Shown one piece after another: positions 21,177 through 30,021 of a stretch of DNA of 30,021 nucleotides. A program made the position numbers and the translations under genes. The notes beneath the pieces are model-generated. The model had not been told where the DNA came from, made no database searches, and saw only the letters and a list, made by a program, of their open reading frames with translations. The DNA comes from Caedibacter taeniospiralis (GTDB lineage Bacteria > Pseudomonadota > Gammaproteobacteria > Francisellales > Francisellaceae). The stretch covers positions 128,788 through 158,808 of the forward strand of contig NZ_PGGB02000001.1 in the NCBI RefSeq assembly GCF_002803295.2, given 5' to 3'. The first letter of the stretch is position 1, and every line of letters starts with the position of its first letter.

Positions 21177-21247
21177 CCCCTCTTTCCAAGAGGGGTGGAC
21201 GCTTGCCTGACCACTTTGAAGTGGTCAGGCAAGCGGACGGGGTGTTT
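21177..21247. repeat. Compound double-hairpin intergenic element
   Basis: CCCCTCTT-TCC-AAGAGGGG (21177-21195), then CGCTTGCCTGACCACTT-TG-AAGTGGTCAGGCAAGCG (21200-21235, 17-bp perfect stem), then GACGGGGTGTTT, which resembles the right end of the 3479-3648 element (GACGGGGTAGTT). Confidence 0.75.
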
Positions 21248-21296
21248 AAAGTAAAATAGGCGGGAAGATGGTTATAGCCTTAAATTTTGAGGAAAA

Positions 21297-22880
21297 ATGA
21301 TGTCTGAGTTCTTACAGGCGCTGAATAAACGTCGAACTTTTGCAATTATTTCGCATCCAGATGCGGGGAAAACAACCTTGACGGAAAAAATGCTGCTATT
21401 TGGCAATCTGATTCAATTAGCAGGAACGGTTAAGGGCAAAAAATCAGGGCGCCATGCTACCTCCGACTGGATGGAGCTAGAGAAGCAACGCGGCATTTCA
21501 GTGACGACTTCGGTGATGCAGTTCCCCTATAATAACTGCATTGTGAATTTATTGGATACCCCAGGGCATGAGGATTTTTCGGAAGACACTTATCGCACTT
21601 TAACCGCAGTGGATTCTGCGCTGATGGTCATCGATGGGGTAAAAGGTGTGGAGGATCGTACGATTAAGTTGATGGAGGTCTGCCGTTTAAGAACTACGCC
21701 GATCGTCACCTTCATTAATAAATTTGATCGTGATACGCGAGATCCCATGGAGCTTATGGATGAAGTTGAAAATGTGCTGAATATCCAGTGTGCACCGATG
21801 ACTTGGCCCATTTGCTCAGGAAAGGAGTTTAAAGGGGTTTACCATTTGTATAAAGATGAAATTATCCTGTTTGAAACAGGGCATGGTCACCATATTCATG
21901 ATTACAAAATTATCAAAGATCTGGGTAATCCTGAGTTAGATCAAAAAATTGGGTATTTGGCTGATGAGCTAAGAGAGCAGATTGAATTGGTCAAAGGAGC
22001 AAGTCATACATTTGATCTCGCCAAATATCGACAAGGTGAATTAACCCCAGTATTTTTCGGAACAGCGTTAGCTAATTTCGGGATTAAAGAAATGCTGGAT
22101 ACATTTACTGAATGCGCGCCATCCCCAACACCAAGAGTGACTGATGTGCGCGAGGTGCATGCAGAAGAAGAACTGCTAACTGGCTTTGTATTTAAGATTC
22201 AGGCGAACATGGACCCTCAGCACAGAGATCGCATGGCATTTTTTAGGATCTGTTCAGGTAAATATGTCAAGGGGATGAAGCTTCAGCATGTGCGCATCAA
22301 TAAGCAAGTGCAGATTTCAAATGCCCTAACGTTTATAGCAGGTGAGCGTGAGTCTTTAGAGGAAGCGTATCCTGGAGATATTATTGGCTTGCACAATCAC
22401 GGTACGATTCAAATTGGTGATACATTTACCCAGGGTGAGGTGCTCAAATTTACCGGGATTCCCAATTTCGCACCTGAGTTGTTTAGGCGTGTGCGTTTAA
22501 ATGACCCCTTAAAAATGAAGGCGCTACTAAAAGGCTTGATTCAGCTATCAGAAGAGGGCGCAACCCAGGTTTTCAGACCCTTAAACAATAATGATTTGAT
22601 CCTGGGAGCGATTGGAGTGCTTCAGTTTGATGTGGTTGCCCATAGACTGGAAAATGAATATGGTGTGAAATGCGGCTATGAGCAGGTAAATGTGGTTGCC
22701 TCTCGATGGATTGAGTGTAATGACAAAAAGAAGCTCGAGCAATTTAAGCATAAATACGCAGACAACCTGGCGCTTGATGGGAGCGAGCACTTAACCTATT
22801 TGGCGACTACACGAGTTAATTTGCAAATGGCAGAGGAGCGCAATGCCGATATTCAATTCTTAGCAACCAGAGAGCATTAA
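21297..22880 (+). CDS. prfC: Peptide chain release factor 3
   Basis: 527 aa; [88 protein letters not shown]. Confidence 0.97.
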   Translation: MMSEFLQALNKRRTFAIISHPDAGKTTLTEKMLLFGNLIQLAGTVKGKKSGRHATSDWMELEKQRGISVTTSVMQFPYNNCIVNLLDTPGHEDFSEDTYRTLTAVDSALMVIDGVKGVEDRTIKLMEVCRLRTTPIVTFINKFDRDTRDPMELMDEVENVLNIQCAPMTWPICSGKEFKGVYHLYKDEIILFETGHGHHIHDYKIIKDLGNPELDQKIGYLADELREQIELVKGASHTFDLAKYRQGELTPVFFGTALANFGIKEMLDTFTECAPSPTPRVTDVREVHAEEELLTGFVFKIQANMDPQHRDRMAFFRICSGKYVKGMKLQHVRINKQVQISNALTFIAGERESLEEAYPGDIIGLHNHGTIQIGDTFTQGEVLKFTGIPNFAPELFRRVRLNDPLKMKALLKGLIQLSEEGATQVFRPLNNNDLILGAIGVLQFDVVAHRLENEYGVKCGYEQVNVVASRWIECNDKKKLEQFKHKYADNLALDGSEHLTYLATTRVNLQMAEERNADIQFLATREH

Positions 22881-23032
22881 ATCAGAAAATCGACGGACCA
22901 CCAGTTCTATTCAAGGAGGGAGGGAGGAATTTGAGCTGGCAACCCGTCGAAAGGCAACCAAACTATAACTGCCTTTTGGCAAGATAGAAAGATTTTTTTA
23001 TCAATTGTTATAAAAATTTTAAGCCTTGACCC

Positions 23033-23067
23033 TATTTCTGCCCGCAAGGGCGTGTTCACGCCCATAC
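23033..23067. repeat. Probable degenerate, shorter copy of the dispersed repeat / convergent-terminator-like hairpin
   Basis: TATTTCTGCCCGCAAGGGCGTGTTCACGCCCATACG contains GGGCGTG-TT-CACGCCC (23048-23063) and follows the same TTTCYGCCC...GCAARGGCGT...ACGCCC.TACG layout as 28838-28880. Confidence 0.5.
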
Positions 23068-23152
23068 GTTTATTCAAATAAAAAGGTGTAGACAAAACTT
23101 ATAAATTAATGCCACTAATTTATAATTATGTTTGCTCTGGAGCAGGGTGAAA

Positions 23153-23707
23153 TCAAAAGAAGCTGAGTGTATCAATACTTAGATTGATACCATTGGTGCG
23201 CGCTTGACGCAGCCAATAATTCGATTTAAAAATATCCGTAGGGACCCCAATTCCTTTCTTATACATATAAGCCAGGTAAATTTGCGCTTCTGGGTAGTCA
23301 TTTTTCGCTGCCTTTTCTATCCAGTAAAATCCTACAGCAGGATTTGATTGGACGCCAAGACCTTGAAAATACATAAGCCCAAGCTTAAATTGCGCCTCAG
23401 CGTATCCTGTAGCGGCGGAGTATTGGATATAGTCAACGGCTGTATTGATATTATAAGTCTTAAGATTGTTAGCCTGTTTCGTGTATTCCACGCCCTTGTT
23501 GTAGGCAGCTTCTGGGCTTAAGTCAGTGTAGTTTGTTTTGTTATTTTCATGAGCTTCATGCACTATCCCTTTTGGATTCTTTTGCGAAGCGTCCGTAATG
23601 GCAGCATGAGTAGGTGGATAATGAAAAAACACAAACAATAGACCGATGGCAAATAAAATGACAATAAAGATCACCCAGAGTGACCAGTACTTCCTAACAA
23701 AATTCAT
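23153..23707 (-). CDS. Membrane-anchored Sel1-like repeat (SLR) protein
   Basis: N-terminal TM segment (YWSLWVIFIVILFAIGLLFVFF) followed by SLRs (AAYNKGVEYT...; GYAEAQFKLGLMYFQGLGVQSNPAVGFYWIEKAAKNDYPEAQIYLAYMYKKGIGV). Likely start MNFVRKYW at 23707. Confidence 0.8.
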   Translation of the reverse strand: MNFVRKYWSLWVIFIVILFAIGLLFVFFHYPPTHAAITDASQKNPKGIVHEAHENNKTNYTDLSPEAAYNKGVEYTKQANNLKTYNINTAVDYIQYSAATGYAEAQFKLGLMYFQGLGVQSNPAVGFYWIEKAAKNDYPEAQIYLAYMYKKGIGVPTDIFKSNYWLRQARTNGINLSIDTLSFF

Positions 23708-23737
23708 TCGCGCTATCTCCAGACTTCTCACCAAACA

Positions 23738-24595
23738 TTATGCCTTGTTGTGTAAATGCTCACAAGCAAATAGCGTATTTTCAAGCAAGGTTGCGATGGT
23801 CATGGGACCAACCCCCCCTGGGACGGGCGTGATATAAGAGGCTTTGGTAAGCGCAGTATCAAAATCAACGTCACCAACGATTCTGCCATCTTCAAGACGG
23901 TTAATGCCAACATCGATGACGATGGCGCCTTGTTTAAGCCAGTTGCCTTTGATAAAGTATGGCTTACCGACGGCAGCAACGACAATATCAGCACGGGCTA
24001 CGTGATCAGAAAGATCCTTCGTGAAACGGTGGCAGGTCGTGACAGTTGAGCCTGCAAGCAGTAACTCCATGAGCATCGGACGCCCAACGATATTTGAGGC
24101 GCCAACGATGACTGCGTGCTTTCCTTTAAAAGTGTCAACGACAGACTGAAGGAGCGTCATGATGCCCTTGGGTGTGCAAGGGCGCAGCAATGGATTGCGC
24201 TGCATGAGTTTTCCAATGTTATAAGGGTGAAAGCCATCAACGTCCTTATCGGGGCGAATTGCTTCAAGCACTTTTTCCGCATTGATATGCGATGGCAGAG
24301 GTAGTTGCACCAGGATTCCATCAATATTTGGATCGTTATTTAATTTAGCAATTAGCATCAATAAATCCTCGTTGCTGGTATCCCTTGTAAGGTCATGGTT
24401 TACGGAGAAAAAACCAACATCCTCACAGGCTTTGCGCTTGTTACTCACATAAATTCGTGACGCAGGGTCATCGCCTACGATGATAACAGCAAGTCCTGGA
24501 ATACGTTTGCCTTGATGTTTAAGCTCATCTACTTGAGCTTTGATTGTTGCTCTAATTTCCTGAGCTTTTTTTTTGCCATCAATGATGTGAGCCAT
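23738..24595 (-). CDS. folD: Bifunctional methylenetetrahydrofolate dehydrogenase/methenyltetrahydrofolate cyclohydrolase
   Basis: 285 aa; [90 protein letters not shown]. Confidence 0.97.
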   Translation of the reverse strand: MAHIIDGKKKAQEIRATIKAQVDELKHQGKRIPGLAVIIVGDDPASRIYVSNKRKACEDVGFFSVNHDLTRDTSNEDLLMLIAKLNNDPNIDGILVQLPLPSHINAEKVLEAIRPDKDVDGFHPYNIGKLMQRNPLLRPCTPKGIMTLLQSVVDTFKGKHAVIVGASNIVGRPMLMELLLAGSTVTTCHRFTKDLSDHVARADIVVAAVGKPYFIKGNWLKQGAIVIDVGINRLEDGRIVGDVDFDTALTKASYITPVPGGVGPMTIATLLENTLFACEHLHNKA

Positions 24596-24755
24596 ATAGA
24601 ATATCCCGTTTTCTTTATTTGCGATGCCGCTATCTTAGGTGGTCTATGATAGACAATTGAGGCTTTATTTAAAACAAGATTTATTAAGTTCTTGTATACT
24701 GCCAAAAGATCATCTAGTTTAGGCGGTAACGCTGTTAAGCCTTGGTCTCGAATAA

Positions 24756-25802
24756 ATGAAAAAACATATTATTTTTGCTGTTATTACGGTACTACTTACG
24801 CTCGTGGTAATTTATTTTTTGTTTCTTGCTTCACGTAAAAAGGAGGTTAGTTTCACCGTTGAGCCTACAGAGGTGAGCGTTGCTAAGGTTGAGCAAAGAA
24901 ATATTCCCCTGACAGTTAAAGCAACGGGGTTATTGGTTGCACCAAACACCGTCACCTTGCGCGCGCAAATCGCGGGCATTGTCGATAAAATTAATTTTGA
25001 TAGCGGTCAATATATCAAAGAGGGTGCGCTGCTAATGACGTTGGATGACACTAAACAAATGGCGGATGTAAACTCAAGCCTGGCCAGTTATACAAAAGCC
25101 GAAGCACAATATAAACGTACCAATACGCTCTATAAAGACAATCATGCGGTATCGCAAAGTGAGCTCGATAATGCAAAGGCGGACTATATGCAAACAAAGG
25201 CGCAGCATGATGCAGCCTTGTATCAGCTGTCAAACACGAAGATAGTTGCGCCCTTTAGTGGCTTTCTAACACTGACGACCCTGGCGAAAGGAAGTTATGT
25301 TTCTGCAGGTGATGTTTTTGTTACCTTAGTGGATAAACAGAATCTGCAATTGCAATATGCTTTACCTGAGTCGTATGCAAAGAGTATCAGCCTTGGGCAG
25401 GTGGTCAACTTTAGCGTTGATGCTTTTCCAGGGGAGACTTTCCATGCCAAAGTTGATTATATTTCGCCTGACGTCTCAGATGACAATTTGACGTTTACCG
25501 TAAGGGCAGCCTATAAAAACGACAAAAACCTGTTGAGCCCAGGAATGAGTCTTTATGTGTCTCAAGTATTAAAGGCAGATAATAAGGTATTAGCTGTGCC
25601 AGAAAGCGCCCTAAGTGCGCACAGTGGAGGATTTATTGTTTATACGATTGTTGAAGGAAAAGCAAAGATGGTGCCTGTGCAGATTGGACAAGTCAGCACA
25701 GGATACATCAGTATTCTTAGTGGACTATCTGTGGGACAAGAGGTGATTATTTCATCCAAAGGCAATATTTCTGATGGTATTGCCGTCAAAGTGGAGAAGT
25801 AA
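24756..25802 (+). CDS. RND efflux transporter periplasmic adaptor (membrane fusion protein)
   Basis: 348 aa; N-terminal TM anchor, barrel-sandwich and hairpin layout (VTLRAQIAGIVDKINFDSGQYIKEGALLMTLDD...APFSGFLTLTTLAKGSYVSAGDVFVTLVD). Confidence 0.93.
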   Translation: MKKHIIFAVITVLLTLVVIYFLFLASRKKEVSFTVEPTEVSVAKVEQRNIPLTVKATGLLVAPNTVTLRAQIAGIVDKINFDSGQYIKEGALLMTLDDTKQMADVNSSLASYTKAEAQYKRTNTLYKDNHAVSQSELDNAKADYMQTKAQHDAALYQLSNTKIVAPFSGFLTLTTLAKGSYVSAGDVFVTLVDKQNLQLQYALPESYAKSISLGQVVNFSVDAFPGETFHAKVDYISPDVSDDNLTFTVRAAYKNDKNLLSPGMSLYVSQVLKADNKVLAVPESALSAHSGGFIVYTIVEGKAKMVPVQIGQVSTGYISILSGLSVGQEVIISSKGNISDGIAVKVEK

Positions 25803-28800
25803 ATGAAGCTGCCTGAAATTTGCATTAAACGCCCTGTTTTATCTTTTGTCTTAAATGCCATCCTGGTGCTTTGTGGTCTGCTTAGTTTTAGCTATGTAAA
25901 ACTGCAATTTGAACCGACGATTTTTAAACCTGTTTTAATGATTCAAACCAACTACCCAGGAGCCAGTGCGGATGTCGTGCAAAAAGATGTCACCCAGCAA
26001 CTAGTGGCAGCGATTTCTGGGACTGAGAATTTAAGCTATATTGAAGCGACCTCTATGCAAGGTCAAAGTCAAATCAAACTTAATTTTGGTAATATCGATC
26101 AGGAGAAATTCATTACCGCGCAATCCGAAGTGATGCGCGATATTGCAGGTATAAATTTGCCCCAAAGTGTGCAAACGCCACAGATTAAACAAAGAGGAAA
26201 TGGTTCTCAGGTGATGCTCATCGGTTTTCAAGATGCAAATCGATCTACCGAAAGCCTTACCTCATATATCAACGACACGATTACCAAACAGCTGGCACAG
26301 ATTCCTGGTGTGGGAGATGTTCAGGTATACTCAGAAGGCTCTGCCTTACGCATTGAGCTTGATCCTAAGGCGATGGCAATTTTAAAGATCTCAGCCATTG
26401 ATGTTGTGAATAAGCTTGAACAACTGAATCGTAACGTCTCAGCAGGTCAGCTTATCACCAATGACAACACCTATACCATCAATGTTGATAGCGCCTTGGA
26501 CAGCATCAGCAAGTTCAACAATCTGATTATCGCAAAACAGAATGGTAAGCTTATTTATTTGAGGCAAATTGCTAAGATTTATCTTGGTAATTTGTCCTTA
26601 GCCAATGGTTCTGTGAGTATTATCGATGGTAAACCAGGTGTGGTGGTCAACGTATCGCAAACCAGTGATGCTAATCCGATTGACGTCGCTGCCGCTGTGT
26701 CAAAGGCGGTTACTCAGATGCAAAGATCACTGCCTCCTGGAATGAAGGTCGATGTACTATTTAATATTTCCACATCACTCAAGGCCTCTTTATATGAAGT
26801 CATCAAGACAATTATTGAGGCAATCATTTTAGTTTCACTGATTTCCCTATTATTCTTAGGGCGTTTTAGAGCGGCATTGATCCCTATTGTTACCCTGCCT
26901 GTGTGTTTAATCGGTGTGTTTGTGATCATCTGGCCGCTTGGGTTTAGTATAAATATGATGACACTTCTTGCCATTGTGCTTGCCGTAGGTTTAGTGGTTG
27001 ATGATGCGATCGTGGTGCTTGAGAATTGCTATCGCTATATGCAAAAAGGGCATAATGCTTTTAATGCCGCCATTTTAGGCAGTAAAGAAATTGGCTTTGC
27101 GATTATTGGGATGACCATCACCCTGGTGGCGGTATATATCCCGATTGCCTTTATGAATGATAAGTCTGCGATTTTCTTTAGAGAGTTTGCTTTTACTCTG
27201 GCAGCCAGTGTGCTGATTTCAGGTTTTGTCGCTTTGACCTTATCACCCACCATGTGTGCGCATATGTTAGGAAGCACCAAAGAAAATCGCTATGAGAAAT
27301 TGATTGCACAAATATTTAATGCTGCCGAGCACACGTATAGAAAATCGCTAGAGTTTATCCTGCAAGTAAGATATTGGGTGGTTGCTATCTTTGCTATTGT
27401 GATCATTGCAGGTGTTAGCTTATTTCGCTCAATGCCAACAGCTTTGCAGCCTAATGATACCATTGGTGTGGTAGGGGTGAATATTACAGGGCAAAGCAAT
27501 GCCAGTTCGGATTTTATTATGCAAAAGCTTGATGAAATTCAAAATAAGATTCCAGGCAAAGTGTTTGCGCATTCTTTTGGTTTTGTGGACACTCAAAGTG
27601 GTCAGACATCGGGATATTCAATGAATATTTTAAATGAGAGCGAGGTAACAAATGCTTATAAAATCGCACGTCAGTTAAATGCGATTATTAAGAATACTCA
27701 AGGGGTAGAAGGCAGTAGCTGGGTTTTTCCATTGTCTGGACATAACCAGTCAGGAAGTGGCGATGTTCAGCTGTATCTGTTGAGCATGGATGATTATCAA
27801 ACACTATATAAAAAGGCGGAAAGTTTAGTCAGTGTCATAGAGAAGCTGCCAAGCATATCTTATGCCAGTATTGCAAGTAGCGCTGATAGTGGTCAGTTTG
27901 ATATGAATATTAACTACACGAATGCAGCTTTATTGGATGTTGATCCTGCGAATATTCAGACGATTTTGAATATTATGTTTGGCGGCTGGCAGCTTAGTCG
28001 CGATTATGAAACTGGTGGTGAGAGCTTCCCGATCTTTATTCAGCTTCCTAAAAAAGATCTCAAAAGCTTTGATGTGCTCAATCGCCTATATATCAAAACA
28101 GACCCTGGTGGCTGGTTACAGCTTGGGCGACTCGTGCATATTGAGCCTGTGGTTAAAATCCCCTATTTAACGACGTATAACCAGATGCACGCGATGGAGA
28201 TAGACGTCAATTTGCAACCCAATGGATCATTGGGACAAGTCGTTCAAGAAATTCAGTCAATCAGTCAGCAGCTATTGCCAGGCACCAGTTTGGCGTTTAA
28301 GGGGGATGCAAAAGATATGATGGAAGGCAATAACAGTATGGTCATGATCTTTATTGCTGGATTACTGTTTATTTATCTTGTTTTAGCCGCCTTGTTTGAG
28401 AGTTTTATTGATCCATTTATCATCTTGCTCACCGTGCCGCTATGTGTGATTGGTGCGCTCTTGGGTTTAAAAATGATCGGAGGAACGCTAAATATTTACA
28501 CAGATATTGGCTTAATTACTTTAATTGGACTCGTATCTAAGCATGGCGTTTTAATCGTTCAGTTTTCAAATGAGCTGTTGGCAAAAGGGGAGAGTTTAAA
28601 GAATGCGGTGATCAAAGGAGCAGCAACGCGCCTAAGACCGATTTTAATGACCTCTGCCACGATGATTCTAGGTGCGATTCCACTACTACTGAGCACGGGA
28701 GTGGGGGAGCATGCACGCCAGCAGATTGGAATGGTCATGGTTGCAGGATTGTTGTTAGGTTCACTTTTTTCGTTGTTTATTGTGCCTGTGGCATATCAGC

Positions 28801-28832
28801 TATTAAAATCAATACGCCAAGGCGGAGCTTGA
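25803..28832 (+). CDS. RND family efflux permease (HAE1/AcrB-like)
   Basis: 1009 aa; MKLPEICIKRPVLSFVLNAILV, QTNYPGASADVVQKDVTQ, GLVVDDAIVVLENCYR, LTLSPTMCAHML, SKHGVLIVQFSNEL. The start codon immediately follows the adaptor stop codon. Confidence 0.95.
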   Translation: MKLPEICIKRPVLSFVLNAILVLCGLLSFSYVKLQFEPTIFKPVLMIQTNYPGASADVVQKDVTQQLVAAISGTENLSYIEATSMQGQSQIKLNFGNIDQEKFITAQSEVMRDIAGINLPQSVQTPQIKQRGNGSQVMLIGFQDANRSTESLTSYINDTITKQLAQIPGVGDVQVYSEGSALRIELDPKAMAILKISAIDVVNKLEQLNRNVSAGQLITNDNTYTINVDSALDSISKFNNLIIAKQNGKLIYLRQIAKIYLGNLSLANGSVSIIDGKPGVVVNVSQTSDANPIDVAAAVSKAVTQMQRSLPPGMKVDVLFNISTSLKASLYEVIKTIIEAIILVSLISLLFLGRFRAALIPIVTLPVCLIGVFVIIWPLGFSINMMTLLAIVLAVGLVVDDAIVVLENCYRYMQKGHNAFNAAILGSKEIGFAIIGMTITLVAVYIPIAFMNDKSAIFFREFAFTLAASVLISGFVALTLSPTMCAHMLGSTKENRYEKLIAQIFNAAEHTYRKSLEFILQVRYWVVAIFAIVIIAGVSLFRSMPTALQPNDTIGVVGVNITGQSNASSDFIMQKLDEIQNKIPGKVFAHSFGFVDTQSGQTSGYSMNILNESEVTNAYKIARQLNAIIKNTQGVEGSSWVFPLSGHNQSGSGDVQLYLLSMDDYQTLYKKAESLVSVIEKLPSISYASIASSADSGQFDMNINYTNAALLDVDPANIQTILNIMFGGWQLSRDYETGGESFPIFIQLPKKDLKSFDVLNRLYIKTDPGGWLQLGRLVHIEPVVKIPYLTTYNQMHAMEIDVNLQPNGSLGQVVQEIQSISQQLLPGTSLAFKGDAKDMMEGNNSMVMIFIAGLLFIYLVLAALFESFIDPFIILLTVPLCVIGALLGLKMIGGTLNIYTDIGLITLIGLVSKHGVLIVQFSNELLAKGESLKNAVIKGAATRLRPILMTSATMILGAIPLLLSTGVGEHARQQIGMVMVAGLLLGSLFSLFIVPVAYQLLKSIRQGGA

Positions 28833-28908
28833 TAGAATTTCCGCCCATTTTTGCAAAGGCGTATGCAATACGCCCCTACGCAATGAGCCATCATGGGCAA
28901 AGATATTG
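28831..28908 (+). repeat. Dispersed repeat, copy 2
   Basis: GATAGAATTTCCGCCCATTTTTGCAAAGGCGTATGCAATACGCCCCTACGCAATGAGCCATCATGGGCAAAGATATTG matches the reverse complement of 4071-4148. Confidence 0.85.
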
Positions 28909-29113
28909 AGCGGTGACTGTATTTCCGCCCACCGCCACTCTTGGGCGAATTATTTGCACAAGCCAGATATTGTCATCACACCAAGACGTAAATATTAAGT
29001 CCCTTTGGTGCTTCTCAGCACTAATAACTAGCCAACGATCAATGTTTTAAGCTAAACTTTTGCCAGGAAGTCCATCCACTTGCTATATCAATTTAAAAAA
29101 GGAGTTTATTCAA

Positions 29114-29506
29114 ATGACTAGACGTATAAGACCAAAAAGAGTATATGCCGCAATATGGATGTTGTACGGAGCAAGCATTTTAGGGCTGTTGGATTTGTTA
29201 ACCTCATCTACTTTGGTCATGCAGCCGATGCAACATATCTGGCTTGATGTCGTTGCCTATACCGTTCTGATTGTGGTGGCATTTATCATGAGCCTGGGTG
29301 TTAAGGTTGCAAAATGGTTGTACGTCCTGTTAGCTGTCATCTGGTATGCGTTATTGATATTCTACTTGCCAGAGCACACAGGGCATCCGCTTAACTTCTG
29401 GTTGGTTTTTATTGAAATTATTTTAATCATCGCAGCATTTTATATTTTATATCAGTCAAAGTCAGTGCGGTGGTTTAATAAAGAGCAAAAGACTCAAAAA
29501 GCATAA
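29114..29506 (+). CDS. Small integral membrane protein, about 130 aa, function unknown
   Basis: MTRRIRPKRVYAAIWMLYGASILGLLDLL... with four hydrophobic segments; start chosen from AAAAAGGAG Shine-Dalgarno upstream of the ATG at 29114 (ORF track starts at 29060). Confidence 0.7.
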   Translation: MTRRIRPKRVYAAIWMLYGASILGLLDLLTSSTLVMQPMQHIWLDVVAYTVLIVVAFIMSLGVKVAKWLYVLLAVIWYALLIFYLPEHTGHPLNFWLVFIEIILIIAAFYILYQSKSVRWFNKEQKTQKA

Positions 29507-30021
29507 GATAAACACAGTTCAATATAGTACTTCACTCCGTGGGTCATAGCCTCAATGGATAGGTCAAAGTTTGGTTCATGTACCATTGAAGTAAAGCCGC
29601 ATGCTTCGTTGCGCACACCTAAAAATGCGTAGCATGCAGGAATTTCGTTGGCAAAATATGAGAAATCCTCTGATGCCATCCATGGGATATTGGAACTTAA
29701 AGTATTTTTCTGACCGACAGCACGCTGTGCTGCAGCGATTGATTTTTGCGCGCAAAGTGGATTGTTCCTGGTTTCAGGGTAACCTTCAAGGTAATTAATT
29801 GCCACTTTCCCTGCATAAGTCCAGGCAACTCCTTGAGCAATTTCATACAGACGTTTTTTTACAAGCATGCGTGCATCCTGGCTTAGATAACGCATGCAGC
29901 CTTTAAGATGTGCCTTATCCGCAATAACATTATATGTGCTGCCAACATTAAGGGCAGTAATTGAAACAACGGCAGGATCAAAACTTGAGATATCTATTAA
30001 TTCAATCTTGCGTTTTCAGTT
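29494..30021 (-). pseudogene. M20-family amidohydrolase (N-acyl-amino-acid amidohydrolase/hippurate hydrolase-like), C-terminal part; possibly disrupted
   Basis: SSFDPAVVSITALNVGSTYNVIADKAHLKGCMRYLS...EGYPETRNNP...WMASEDFSYFANEIPACYAFLGV...MVHEPNFD. Homology extends upstream of the ORF-track ATG at 29895, and an in-frame TGA lies at 30016-30018. Confidence 0.6.

Noticed and set aside
22900-22990. Possible riboswitch-like segment (GGAGGGAGGGAGG...GGCAACCCGTCGAAAGGCAACC)
   Set aside because: It lies downstream of prfC with converging genes and no downstream gene to regulate; the resemblance to known aptamers is superficial.

Overview
Mostly ordinary gammaproteobacterial-type chromosome, with no convincing new multi-gene system. 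Gene order: iron-containing alcohol dehydrogenase (runs off the left edge and is absent from the ORF track), heavy-metal P1B-ATPase with an ArsR-family regulator, an IS982-family element next to a 5'-truncated organophosphate:phosphate antiporter-like MFS gene, uup, a CBS-domain protein, coaD, sufT with an A-type Fe-S carrier, an RHH/MazF-like toxin-antitoxin pair, gyrB, a WrbA-like flavodoxin, a glycosyltransferase, der, a divergent murA overlapping a type II-like murB, gpsA, prfC, a Sel1-repeat protein, folD, an RND efflux adaptor and pump, a small membrane protein, and the C-terminal part of an M20 amidohydrolase with an in-frame stop. The most interesting signals are non-coding: (i) a dispersed intergenic repeat with two ungapped 78-bp copies (69/78 identical), a third partial copy and a probable fourth degenerate copy; (ii) two modular multi-hairpin intergenic elements, one inside the putative arsR-cadA operon and one with a 17-bp perfect stem; (iii) a 15-bp direct-repeat operator candidate upstream of the TA module. 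All family calls come from reading motifs by eye; no database search was run.
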